This document shows positions 27,151-35,323 of a stretch of 63,496 nucleotides of DNA, piece after piece (within the stretch, counting starts at the first letter, position 1; each line of letters opens with the position of its first letter). Made by a program: the position numbers and the translations under genes. Origin of the DNA: an uncultured Gammaproteobacteria bacterium (GTDB lineage: Bacteria > Patescibacteriota > Patescibacteriia > CAYHVQ01). The notes under the pieces were generated by a model, which made no database searches, was not told where the DNA came from, and worked only from the letters and a program-made list of their open reading frames with translations. The stretch covers positions 1-63,496 of the forward strand of contig CAYHVQ010000001.1 of the NCBI GenBank assembly GCA_964360435.1. The letters run 5' to 3'.

Positions 27151-28701
27151 ATGGTCGAAGAGCTGATCGTCACGCTGACTGCCGAGCGCGGCAGGAAGTT
27201 TGATGAGACGCAGGAGGCCATCGCCTCCTACCGTGCCAGCGAGCGGGCGCGGCACGCCTCGATCGTCTTCATGCCCCGTGGAACCGAGCCCGAGAAAAAC
27301 TATCGGGTTCGGCTGCAGGCGATCCGCGAGGACGCCAGTGGCCGGATGATGTACCGCGGGGCTCCTGCCAGCCCGGAGTTTTCCGAGCGCTGGCACGACA
27401 ACGGCGACGGGACGATCGCCCTCGCGACCATCTGCACGGACTGGAAGCTGAACGAGTCCGTGTTTGGGGAGCGGGAGCGGAGGCCCAAGGATCGCCGGAC
27501 GATCAAAACCACGGTCGTTTCCAACCCTCGACTGGTTCTGGGGGCGGACATGGCGTCCTCGTTCGTTGAGGATACGCCGGTCCAGCGCCTCGTGGACCAG
27601 GAGGAGGCCGTGGAGAGCGGCGCGGTCGTGTGGCGCGCGGTTTCCAACCGCGAAGAAGATCTCCCGAGGGTGCAATATCCCATCAGGGAGATCGAGGTGA
27701 CGACGGAGTCCGAGTGGTGGCAACACCGCTTGGATCCCACGTACCGCGCGGTTTGGAAGATCACTGCCACTGCAGTCTACGACGCTGGCGGCACCAGTAC
27801 CACGGCAAAAATTGCCATTCCATGCACCACATGGATGGATTTGCCGGGCTGGTGTCGGCGGGAGCTGGAGGAGCGTTTTACGCTCTGTTCCTGCGCCCGC
27901 AGTCGAGTAGATTTGTTGGCAGATGCTGCGGTCTGTACTTCGTGTCAAAGCGAGGCAAGTCAGATCGCGGATATTGAGGCGGGTCTTCCGCCGGCCCGCC
28001 GCGAGACGTTTGCGGGTGAAGCGCGCGCGTTGTTGGCTGGCGTTTGTTTCTCGCAGGCGGTTGGGGAGGAGATTGCGAGCGCTCTGGCCACGGGAGATAG
28101 CCGAGAGTTTGCGGCCACGGAAGTGAAGGGTTACCCCTTCTACTACCGCACGGCTGACGGCGTGTTCGGGTCGAAGTTTTCCCCCGAGGCACTGGAGCTC
28201 TTCGCGAATCTTCCGGCGGCTCGCGGTCGCGGACTCGTCCGCTTGGCTGCGTGGCTCTCGGATGCCCACCGGCGGAGCGAGGTGGAGGCGCGGGATTACT
28301 ACTTCCGGACCCAAACGGCCGGAGCGGTGATTCCCTTTCCCACACTCTCGCCCGATGTCCTCGGCCGCGCAATCCTTGCGGTGCGGGTCGTGGACCTTGT
28401 TGGTTTTCGCCGGCGGCAGGAGCGGGCGGCGCGGCGATCCGAGCCCGTGGTTGTCCCGGACGGTCCCTTCCGTCCGATCGGCAGCCGCGAGTTTCATTGT
28501 CCGTCCGGTCACAGCGTTCGGCTCACAAAGAGTGAGTTCCGGACGTATGAGACCGGCGAAACCGTTCACATTTCTTGTTCGCTTTGCGCATCCTCCGGCT
28601 TGGTGCGGAAGGAGCGTTTGCTGACCGAGACGGCGGGCGCAAGCGACGAGGAACTCATGGCGGCGAAGATCAACCAGCTTCGGAAGAAATGGTTGAGATA
28701 G
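27151..28701 (+). CDS. hypothetical protein (516 aa) with Cys-pair zinc-ribbon-like motifs
   Basis: GGGAGGGAGG SD. CSCARSRVDLLADAAVCTSC, and a C-terminal FHCPSGH..ISCSLC. No family recognised. Confidence 0.6.
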   Translation: MVEELIVTLTAERGRKFDETQEAIASYRASERARHASIVFMPRGTEPEKNYRVRLQAIREDASGRMMYRGAPASPEFSERWHDNGDGTIALATICTDWKLNESVFGERERRPKDRRTIKTTVVSNPRLVLGADMASSFVEDTPVQRLVDQEEAVESGAVVWRAVSNREEDLPRVQYPIREIEVTTESEWWQHRLDPTYRAVWKITATAVYDAGGTSTTAKIAIPCTTWMDLPGWCRRELEERFTLCSCARSRVDLLADAAVCTSCQSEASQIADIEAGLPPARRETFAGEARALLAGVCFSQAVGEEIASALATGDSREFAATEVKGYPFYYRTADGVFGSKFSPEALELFANLPAARGRGLVRLAAWLSDAHRRSEVEARDYYFRTQTAGAVIPFPTLSPDVLGRAILAVRVVDLVGFRRRQERAARRSEPVVVPDGPFRPIGSREFHCPSGHSVRLTKSEFRTYETGETVHISCSLCASSGLVRKERLLTETAGASDEELMAAKINQLRKKWLR

Positions 28702-28720
28702 CCGCAGAGAGGAGAATCTC

Positions 28721-28761
28721 GGGGAGCTCTGCTTGCGCATCACGCCGGCATCTCCCCACCC
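28721..28761 (+). repeat. 41-45-nt hairpin repeat, copy 1
   Basis: ggggagctctgcttgcgc..catctccccaccc. The 18-nt and 13-nt blocks are identical to those in 30713-30757. Confidence 0.8.
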
Positions 28762-28898
28762 ATCTTTATGATGTTGTCTCTTCATCACACTTCTGGAGCG
28801 GATCAGCTCTGATCCTTTCGAGAAGCGTCATGAGCGCAATCCGGAATTTCTGCAAGGCGCAGGAAACGGGATTTTGTTCAGACGCGGGAGACACGGAA

Positions 28899-30005
28899 AT
28901 GTTGAATCGTGCAGAACTGTGTGACCTCGCGGCGCGCGTTCTTCCGGCCGACCTGGTGTCGGCAGTGGAGCGTTCGTTCTGGACCCCCCAGTTCGGCCCC
29001 AACCACAATGAGGGCCCGTACATGGACAGCCACCTTTCGCTCGTCATCGAAACCCTTGAGAAAATTTCTCGGGGTAAGGTGAGGAGGGTGGTGCCGGTGG
29101 TGGCGAGGCACATGATGGTGATGGCTGTACGCGAGTACGGCCTGGTCACATGTCGTATCTACGCGCTGCTCCACGACGTCGCGAAGCAGGACTGCATGAC
29201 CCTCGTCTACGCCGACGGCCGCAAGGTCGCGGTGACGTGGAACGAGTGGCAGGCAATCCTCTTTGATGGCGGGGAGAGCGGCTGTGCTTCGCTCGTGGGC
29301 GACGGTGACGCGCAGACTCGGTTCTGCCAGGAGCAGGGGATCGAGAAGATCTCCTACTTCCAGAAGACCGAGAACGGCCAGCGCGCTCACGGGCGCGTGG
29401 CGGCCGAGTGGCTCCGCGGCCGGACGGACATCCCCGGGCTGGTCGTTCGGGCGATCGAAACCCACGAGATCGCCTACCAGTTCGGCGGGAAGGGTGGGAT
29501 TAACCTCCCGCTCTTCGAGAAGACGTTCGGCGGCTGGACCGAGGCCGAGGTCGGATTCGCACTGGCTGTCAATTACGCCGATCAGATGGCATCGCTCGAC
29601 ACCACGGGAAAGCCTGTGATCGAGGATGTTGTTTGGTTGGCGAGGACGGCTCTGGCGGCTCGGGACCTCGCGACGCTTTCGGCTCGCCTCGAGGCCACGC
29701 CGCAACTGGACGTGGCCAGGGTCGAGAAGGCCCTCGTTGCCCTGAACGGGTCCCGAGCCGCCTTCCAGACCGAGACGGTCGAGCAGGTGTACGCGCGGAT
29801 CGTGGCCGAGTGTCGCCTCCCGGAGGTGACCGAGGTCCAGATCCGGGACGCGCTCGTTCCGGTGGTCGAGGCGGGGCTTTCGGACGAGCTGACCGACCGG
29901 ATCGTCATCGAGATGGTGGCGAACGGAAAGCTCTCGGCCGAGACCGGAAAGGCGCTGGGCGGGTTCAACCGCCTCGTGCGTCCGGCCCTGGCCAAGCTGG
30001 GCTGA
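28899..30005 (+). CDS. HD-domain-like phosphohydrolase (weak)
   Basis: ALLHDVAKQD with His residues upstream and downstream (MDSHLS, RAHGRV, ETHEIA). Start taken at the ATG with a GGGAGA SD. ATG 28830 is possible. The track start at 28575 overlaps the upstream gene. Confidence 0.45.
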   Translation: MLNRAELCDLAARVLPADLVSAVERSFWTPQFGPNHNEGPYMDSHLSLVIETLEKISRGKVRRVVPVVARHMMVMAVREYGLVTCRIYALLHDVAKQDCMTLVYADGRKVAVTWNEWQAILFDGGESGCASLVGDGDAQTRFCQEQGIEKISYFQKTENGQRAHGRVAAEWLRGRTDIPGLVVRAIETHEIAYQFGGKGGINLPLFEKTFGGWTEAEVGFALAVNYADQMASLDTTGKPVIEDVVWLARTALAARDLATLSARLEATPQLDVARVEKALVALNGSRAAFQTETVEQVYARIVAECRLPEVTEVQIRDALVPVVEAGLSDELTDRIVIEMVANGKLSAETGKALGGFNRLVRPALAKLG

Positions 30006-30019
30006 TTCGACTACAATTC

Positions 30020-30056
30020 GGGAAGGTCGCGGCGCAGAATTGCCCGCGGCCTTCCC
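30020..30056 (+). other. 13-bp intergenic hairpin
   Basis: gggaaggtcgcgg/ccgcggccttccc (one G-U pair), 11-nt loop, no T tract. Confidence 0.6.
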
Positions 30057-30098
30057 AAACAACGCCCGCCGCATCCGCGGTCGGGCAAGGATACTGAA

Positions 30099-30698
30099 AT
30101 GAAAAAGCAATGTGGAGGCGGAGAGATCCGCCTCATCTGCGCCGACATCTTGTCGGCCTTCTACGCGTTGACGGTCGGGACGAAAGTCACCGACCCCGAG
30201 CGGTTCCTTGCGGCGTTTCCGGCCGCAATCGCCGCCCACGATCCCACCACCGACCGCGTTCCGGGACAGCACTTCATCGTGCTTTCCCCGGAGTTTCGGG
30301 CGTGGGTCTCGGCGGGCGTCGGGCGTCGGACGCAGGATCCGGCCGACTACGTCCTGCGAACGCACCGCGGCGGGGTCTCGGCGTTCCTGCACCGCAGGCT
30401 GGCCGCCGGGGTCGAGGGGGTTGCGGTCGTGGTGTACACCGCCGCCGCGTACCTCGCCGACCCCGAGGTCAACGAGTCCGAAAACGAGTCGGCACGCGTC
30501 CGCGAAAGCGGCGCGACGCACGTCATTGTCGCGGTCCTCGCCTTTGCCGGGCCGCAGGCGCCCTTGACCCCCCACCGGCTGGTTTCCAACCTCGCCGGAG
30601 GGAACAAGGAGGCGTTGACCTGGAGTGCGGACGAGATCCGCGCCAAGGCGAAGGCGGTCGCGGGCTACTGGGACGACTGGGAGGTCGTCGCAGATTAG
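30099..30698 (+). CDS. hypothetical protein (199 aa)
   Basis: AAGGA SD, high GC3, no motif recognised. Confidence 0.55.
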   Translation: MKKQCGGGEIRLICADILSAFYALTVGTKVTDPERFLAAFPAAIAAHDPTTDRVPGQHFIVLSPEFRAWVSAGVGRRTQDPADYVLRTHRGGVSAFLHRRLAAGVEGVAVVVYTAAAYLADPEVNESENESARVRESGATHVIVAVLAFAGPQAPLTPHRLVSNLAGGNKEALTWSADEIRAKAKAVAGYWDDWEVVAD

Positions 30699-30712
30699 TC
30701 CGACAAAAAAAA

Positions 30713-30757
30713 GGGGAGCTCTGCTTGCGCGAAATCCGCGTCAGCATCTCCCCACCC
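30713..30757 (+). repeat. 41-45-nt hairpin repeat, copy 2
   Basis: ggggagctctgcttgcgcgaaatccgcgtcagcatctccccaccc. It is preceded by A8, so on the minus strand it reads as hairpin plus T8 (terminator-like). Confidence 0.8.
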
Positions 30758-31321
30758 TACACGAGTACAGGAAGAGCTGAGTGGAATCTGTCCTTTGGAA
30801 ACAAAGCACACTTTCCACTTGGCACTCTCTCCTTCCTGTGCTCATGCGGGGTTTGTGGAGGGATATCACGCCAAAGGAGACGGCATGCTGAAGCCCAGTT
30901 GCTTCGCGAGGCGACGGCGTCGCTGGTTCGGGATACGGCGAAGGATCCCGCGACCGCTCTTGAGAAAGGGGCTACGGCGCGCATCGCCGAGGTTCATCTC
31001 CTTGAGGGAATGCAAGACCGGCTTGGGCGGATCGAGCGGAGGTAGTGTATGGAGGCCGTGGAGGAGGTGCGACATCTGCCATCTGCGTCGGGCGGGATCG
31101 GGAAGAGCGCTGTCGAGATCACAATCGGAGATGGAGTTGTTCCTAGAGGCTCTGTTCGCTGGGTCCTTTGCTAGTTGTGAGCAGGAACCCAAGTACAGGA
31201 TTTTTGAGAGAATGAGGGGTGTCTTGGATCTCCTTCATGTTTCTCCGCCGGCAAACGAGCGCGATGATGTGTGTTTTCTTCTGATCGCAGGAGCTTACAG
31301 CCTCACACATTATGTCGAGGC

Positions 31322-31810
31322 TTATTTTGTTTTGATGAAATTTTTCAGATCCGAAAGAACCTCTGTGGCGTGAATGGCAGGTTTGACGTGGGGATAAATT
31401 TTCGCAATCCGGCCTTCAGGATCAATCAGAAATGACGTGCGTTTGGTTCCAGTGAGAGATCGGACGCCATAAAGCTGAACCACGGTTTTTTCGTGATCTG
31501 AAAGGAGCGTGAATGGGAGCTGGTATTTTTCCGCAAATTTTTTATGGCTTTCCGCGGAATCCGTGCTTACGCCGAAAACTTTGAGACGTGCTTCGTTGAA
31601 CTGCGGGAATTGATCGCGAATCGTGCAAGCCTCGGTGGCGCAACCCGGCGTAGCGTCTTTGGGGTAGAAATACAACAATATCCACTGACCACGCTGGTCA
31701 GCAAGGTGATGAGATTTTCCATCTTGGTCTGGGAGCGTGAAATCCGGAGCGAGATCATGCGCGTTTAACATACGAGTTGAAGAAGGATTATTTTGTATAG
31801 TTGCTTTCAT
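31322..31810 (-). CDS. bcp: peroxiredoxin Bcp
   Basis: APDFTLPDQDGK..YFYPKDATPGCATEA. Start at 31810 or 31771; the track ORF extends to 31909. Confidence 0.8.
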   Translation of the reverse strand: MKATIQNNPSSTRMLNAHDLAPDFTLPDQDGKSHHLADQRGQWILLYFYPKDATPGCATEACTIRDQFPQFNEARLKVFGVSTDSAESHKKFAEKYQLPFTLLSDHEKTVVQLYGVRSLTGTKRTSFLIDPEGRIAKIYPHVKPAIHATEVLSDLKNFIKTK

Positions 31811-33372
31811 TCGAGTTTTTTTATCATGTATGTTCCTTCGAGGTGGTAGCCACGTTTGTGATAGTATTCCCGGACCCCAATACCGGCAATGACCGCCAGT
31901 TTTTTCCATCCGTATTCTGCGGCCATTTTTTCTGCACGCGTCATCAGCTCCTTGCCGAGTCCAAGATGTTGAACGCTCGTGCTTTTTCCACCAACCGGCA
32001 TGAGCTCGCCGTAGGTATGGAGTTCTCGAACCAGTGCTGCATTGTGAAGTTCTGGGAGAAAAGGGTGTTTGTGCGATCCATTGAATCGCAGGCGAAGAAA
32101 GGCGTAGAGGATCGTTCGGTCACGGGATTCAAAACTCAAAAAGTGCTCGGCGCCGCTAGATGCTGGATAGCTTCGAAGGACAAATTCCAGATTCTTGAGA
32201 TCAATTTTTTGATTGCGGGCCTCGCGACAGCGCAAGCATACGCACGGTATCCCTTGCGCGCGCAGGCGTTCCTGAAGAAGTTGACGAATGTTTGTAATTG
32301 CGCTTCCGGCCTGAATGCTCTCCCCGGGGAAATCGCGGAAGATGCGCGCGATGCGAACGTGCGGCGGAACCATCCTTTTGAGTTCTCCGAGAAGCGTGTC
32401 CAGTGTGTCGTCGTCATAAGGGATAAACCGCCCGTCCTTCCACCACTGGTAAAGCTCGGCGTGTTTGTTGACGAGGCAGGGGTAGATTTTGATTTGGTCG
32501 GGCTGATAGTGCGGATCGGAGAAAATGGTCTGGAACATTTTCCGATCGCGTTCTGGAGTGGATCCGGGAAGGCCGGGCATGAGGTGGTAGGTGATTTTGA
32601 ATCCCGCATTTTTGAAAAGTTCTGTTGCTCGCCAAACGGCATCCACGCCGTGACCGCGCGCAATGAGATTTAAGACATCGGGAAAGATGCTTTGGACACC
32701 GAGTTCCACCCGCGTGGCGCCATAGCGCCGCCATCGTTGGATTTCTTCTTCCGTGATCCAATCCGGTCGGGTTTCTAGCGTCATCCCGACACACCGATGC
32801 GCCGCAGTTTCATTCCATGCTTGTGCTTCTTCCAGACTTTTCGCGCGTCGGCCGTTAAAGCCATCGAAACATCCTTTGAGAAATGTTTCTTGGTAGCGCT
32901 TGGGGTGCGCGGACCAGGTTCCGCCCATGACAATGAGTTCGCATTTGTCCGTGGTGTGGCCGTTGCTCTCGAGCATGGCGATGCGGCTGGCAACCATCCG
33001 ATCGGGATCAAAATCATTGGCCATAGATCGTTTCACCGCGGGTTGGGTTGAAAGATAGCTCTTTGGCATGCGGTCTTCTGTAGGGCAGTAAACGCATTTT
33101 CCCGGGCATCCGAGGGGCTTGGTATGAACCGCGATCGGTGCCACGCCGGACAGCGTTCGAATGCTGCGAATTTTAAGGAGTTGCTCAAGCATTGGTGCGG
33201 GAGGAGCGGCGTTTTTTTCGCGCAACTTGCGGTATTCTGCTAAGATGGTACGATTTTGGGGGAGGGAAGTTTTCTGCGCAAGCGCATACCCTCGTTTCAG
33301 ACGTCGAAGATCCTCCGGGGTTTTCACGGTTTCGATCGCCTCATGAATGAATAATTGAAGAGCCGTTGACAT
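31807..33372 (-). CDS. elp3: Elp3-type radical-SAM/GNAT tRNA U34 carboxymethyl-modification enzyme
   Basis: Radical-SAM cluster GCPGKCVYCP and a C-terminal GNAT (GLGKELMTRAE..GVREYYHKRGY). Start at MSTALQL (33372). Confidence 0.8.
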   Translation of the reverse strand: MSTALQLFIHEAIETVKTPEDLRRLKRGYALAQKTSLPQNRTILAEYRKLREKNAAPPAPMLEQLLKIRSIRTLSGVAPIAVHTKPLGCPGKCVYCPTEDRMPKSYLSTQPAVKRSMANDFDPDRMVASRIAMLESNGHTTDKCELIVMGGTWSAHPKRYQETFLKGCFDGFNGRRAKSLEEAQAWNETAAHRCVGMTLETRPDWITEEEIQRWRRYGATRVELGVQSIFPDVLNLIARGHGVDAVWRATELFKNAGFKITYHLMPGLPGSTPERDRKMFQTIFSDPHYQPDQIKIYPCLVNKHAELYQWWKDGRFIPYDDDTLDTLLGELKRMVPPHVRIARIFRDFPGESIQAGSAITNIRQLLQERLRAQGIPCVCLRCREARNQKIDLKNLEFVLRSYPASSGAEHFLSFESRDRTILYAFLRLRFNGSHKHPFLPELHNAALVRELHTYGELMPVGGKSTSVQHLGLGKELMTRAEKMAAEYGWKKLAVIAGIGVREYYHKRGYHLEGTYMIKKLE

Positions 33373-34069
33373 GACGCAAGATCCAAAAAAAATCATCGAA
33401 GCAACTCGGCAGGCGTATGACACGATTGCTCCGCATTTTGACCAAACGCGGCGGCATCAATACTGGGCGGAGTTTCGTTGGCTGGAGAAGTTGGTGTCTC
33501 CCGGGCAAGAGCTGTTGGATGTCGGGTGCGGGAGTGGTCGTCTTCTGGAGTTTCTCTCTGGCGTGACCTACACGGGTATTGACCTTTCTCCGCAGTTGAT
33601 TCGCCTTGCTCAAGAACAGCATCCGGAGTGCGCGAGTCAATTTCAGGTGGCGGACATGCACGCGCTTCCTTTTTCCGATGCGTCCTTTGACCGTGTTGTT
33701 GCGATTTCGAGCCTCTATCATAGTCCGAACCGCGCGTTCCGTCAACGAGTACTTCGTGAAATTTTTCGCGTTTTGCGTCCAGGCGGCGCAGTTTTTCTGA
33801 TCAACTGGAACGGTTGGCAGAAACGGTTTTGGAAAGATCGCGTGCGAGCGTTCCTTGCCGGTCATCCATCCTTTTTTTGGATTCCGTGGAAATCTCCGCA
33901 GGGGGAAGTCCAGACTCAACGGTTTTTTTCTGTCTTGACGAAGCGGCAGATGCGGCAAGATTTGCAAAAAGCGGGATTTTGCGATTTTCAGCAGATGTAT
34001 GTTCGTCACGGCATTCCGGCCGGCGTTTTTCGGGCAAGTAACCTGTTGAGTATTGCGAGAAAGGCATGA
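33371..34069 (+). CDS. class I SAM methyltransferase, Trm9/ALKBH8-MT-like
   Basis: AYDTIAPHFDQTRRHQYW resembles the Trm9 N-terminal signature (VYNEIAPHFSQTR, as I recall it). Motif I is LLDVGCGSGRL. Confidence 0.7.
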   Translation: MTQDPKKIIEATRQAYDTIAPHFDQTRRHQYWAEFRWLEKLVSPGQELLDVGCGSGRLLEFLSGVTYTGIDLSPQLIRLAQEQHPECASQFQVADMHALPFSDASFDRVVAISSLYHSPNRAFRQRVLREIFRVLRPGGAVFLINWNGWQKRFWKDRVRAFLAGHPSFFWIPWKSPQGEVQTQRFFSVLTKRQMRQDLQKAGFCDFQQMYVRHGIPAGVFRASNLLSIARKA

Positions 34070-34082
34070 AAAGTGCTACAAT

Positions 34083-35309
34083 ATGTCTACTCTAAGTTCA
34101 TTCTTAAAGACGATTTTCATGAACATTCACCGCCTGATTTTTGTGTTTGCGATCGCTTTCGTCGCGGCGTTTTTTCCGTTGGAAACATTTGCGCTTACGA
34201 TTGACACGCAAAAGGTTGTGACGATTGTTGATGAGGTTGTTGACGGGAGCATGGTTGGCGTTGGAGAAAAAGTGACTGTGGATTCGACAGTGAGGGGAGA
34301 TGTTATTGTCGCGGGCGGGACGGTGACCGTGTCTGGCGTGGTGGAGGGGGATGTGATCGCCGCTGGCGGAAATGTGGTGATTAATGCGGACATTCAGGGC
34401 GACCTTCGCGCGGCCGGCGGAACGATTGAATTGTCTGGAACCGTGGGAAAACAAGTCACGATTTTTGGGGGAACGTTGACGGTGAAAGAAGGGGCTAAAA
34501 TCGGTGGAGATGTTATTTTTGGAGGAGGTGTTGTGACGCTAGACGGAAGCGTGGGTCGAGATGTTTGGGGTGGAGCTGGGAGCTCGACTGTTGGCGCGCA
34601 TATCGGTCGGGATTTTTCCTTTAATGCCGTGGGAGATGACGATGGCGCCGTACTTCAAGTCACCAAGACTGCGAAAATTGGTCGAGATTTCATTCATAAC
34701 GACAAGTCGAATATCACGATTGCAGATGCCGTGACGATCGGCGGAGAAAAGAAAGTTGTGGCGATCGCCAGCCGGAACGCGGGTGATCCCTGGGCTCGAT
34801 ACGCGTCCGGCGCGTACTATTACAGCCGGATGATTGCGCTGTTCAGTTTGTGGGTTATGGGGCTTGTGGCGCTTTGGGTGATTCGACCGTTTGTTCTGAC
34901 CACCGCGGCACAGATGGATCAACGTACGGGCTGGCATCTCTTGATGGGCTTTGTTGCTGTCCTTTCCATTCCCTTCGTGATGTTTTTACTCCTCCTCACG
35001 ATTATCGGCGCGCCCTTAAGCATTGTGCTTGGGGCATTAACTCTGGTGCTGTTCTTCATTTCAAAGGCGGTGTTGAGTGTGTGGGTAGGAATGATGGTGA
35101 TGAGATTTTCTCAATTAGATTCTGCGCAAAAAGAGAATAAATTGCTTGGCGCGTTTCTGCTTGGCGCGTTTCTTGTCGTGGTTGTTGGGTCTTTGCCGGT
35201 TGTTGGGTGGGCGCTCGTCGGCATCGGGGTTCTGTGGAGTTTTGGCGCCCTTCTATCTATTCTAAAGACCAAGCTTAAAAGCGAATCGGCGACCCCTAAG
35301 GTTTCTTAA
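34083..35309 (+). CDS. membrane protein with bactofilin-like repeat domain
   Basis: N-terminal TM, repeated GDVI.AGG.V.. units, four or more C-terminal TM helices. Confidence 0.5.
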   Translation: MSTLSSFLKTIFMNIHRLIFVFAIAFVAAFFPLETFALTIDTQKVVTIVDEVVDGSMVGVGEKVTVDSTVRGDVIVAGGTVTVSGVVEGDVIAAGGNVVINADIQGDLRAAGGTIELSGTVGKQVTIFGGTLTVKEGAKIGGDVIFGGGVVTLDGSVGRDVWGGAGSSTVGAHIGRDFSFNAVGDDDGAVLQVTKTAKIGRDFIHNDKSNITIADAVTIGGEKKVVAIASRNAGDPWARYASGAYYYSRMIALFSLWVMGLVALWVIRPFVLTTAAQMDQRTGWHLLMGFVAVLSIPFVMFLLLLTIIGAPLSIVLGALTLVLFFISKAVLSVWVGMMVMRFSQLDSAQKENKLLGAFLLGAFLVVVVGSLPVVGWALVGIGVLWSFGALLSILKTKLKSESATPKVS

Positions 35310-35323
35310 ACATTTTTTCTTTT

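Noticed and set aside
28575-28898. Track start at 28575 for the HD-like gene.
   Set aside because: It would overlap the 516-aa gene by 127 nt and run through the hairpin repeat at 28721-28761. The translated extension is Arg/Gly-rich and unnatural.
30866-31192. 108-aa minus-strand ORF at the right island junction as a real gene, for example a recombinase or excisionase fragment.
   Set aside because: It has no recognisable motifs and an Arg-rich composition typical of shadow frames. It is kept only as a possibility in the junction finding.
17850-31320. Assembly chimera as the sole explanation for the GC-rich blocks.
   Set aside because: Backbone-type repeats and a backbone-composition vapBC cassette occur inside the island. 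Three separate GC-rich patches are each embedded between backbone genes with shared promoter-like and repeat sequences. This cannot be excluded without read data.
17850-31320. Prophage or integrative element.
   Set aside because: I recognised no capsid, portal, terminase, tail, integrase, relaxase or transposase-like sequences in any frame, and no clear att duplication at the two ends.
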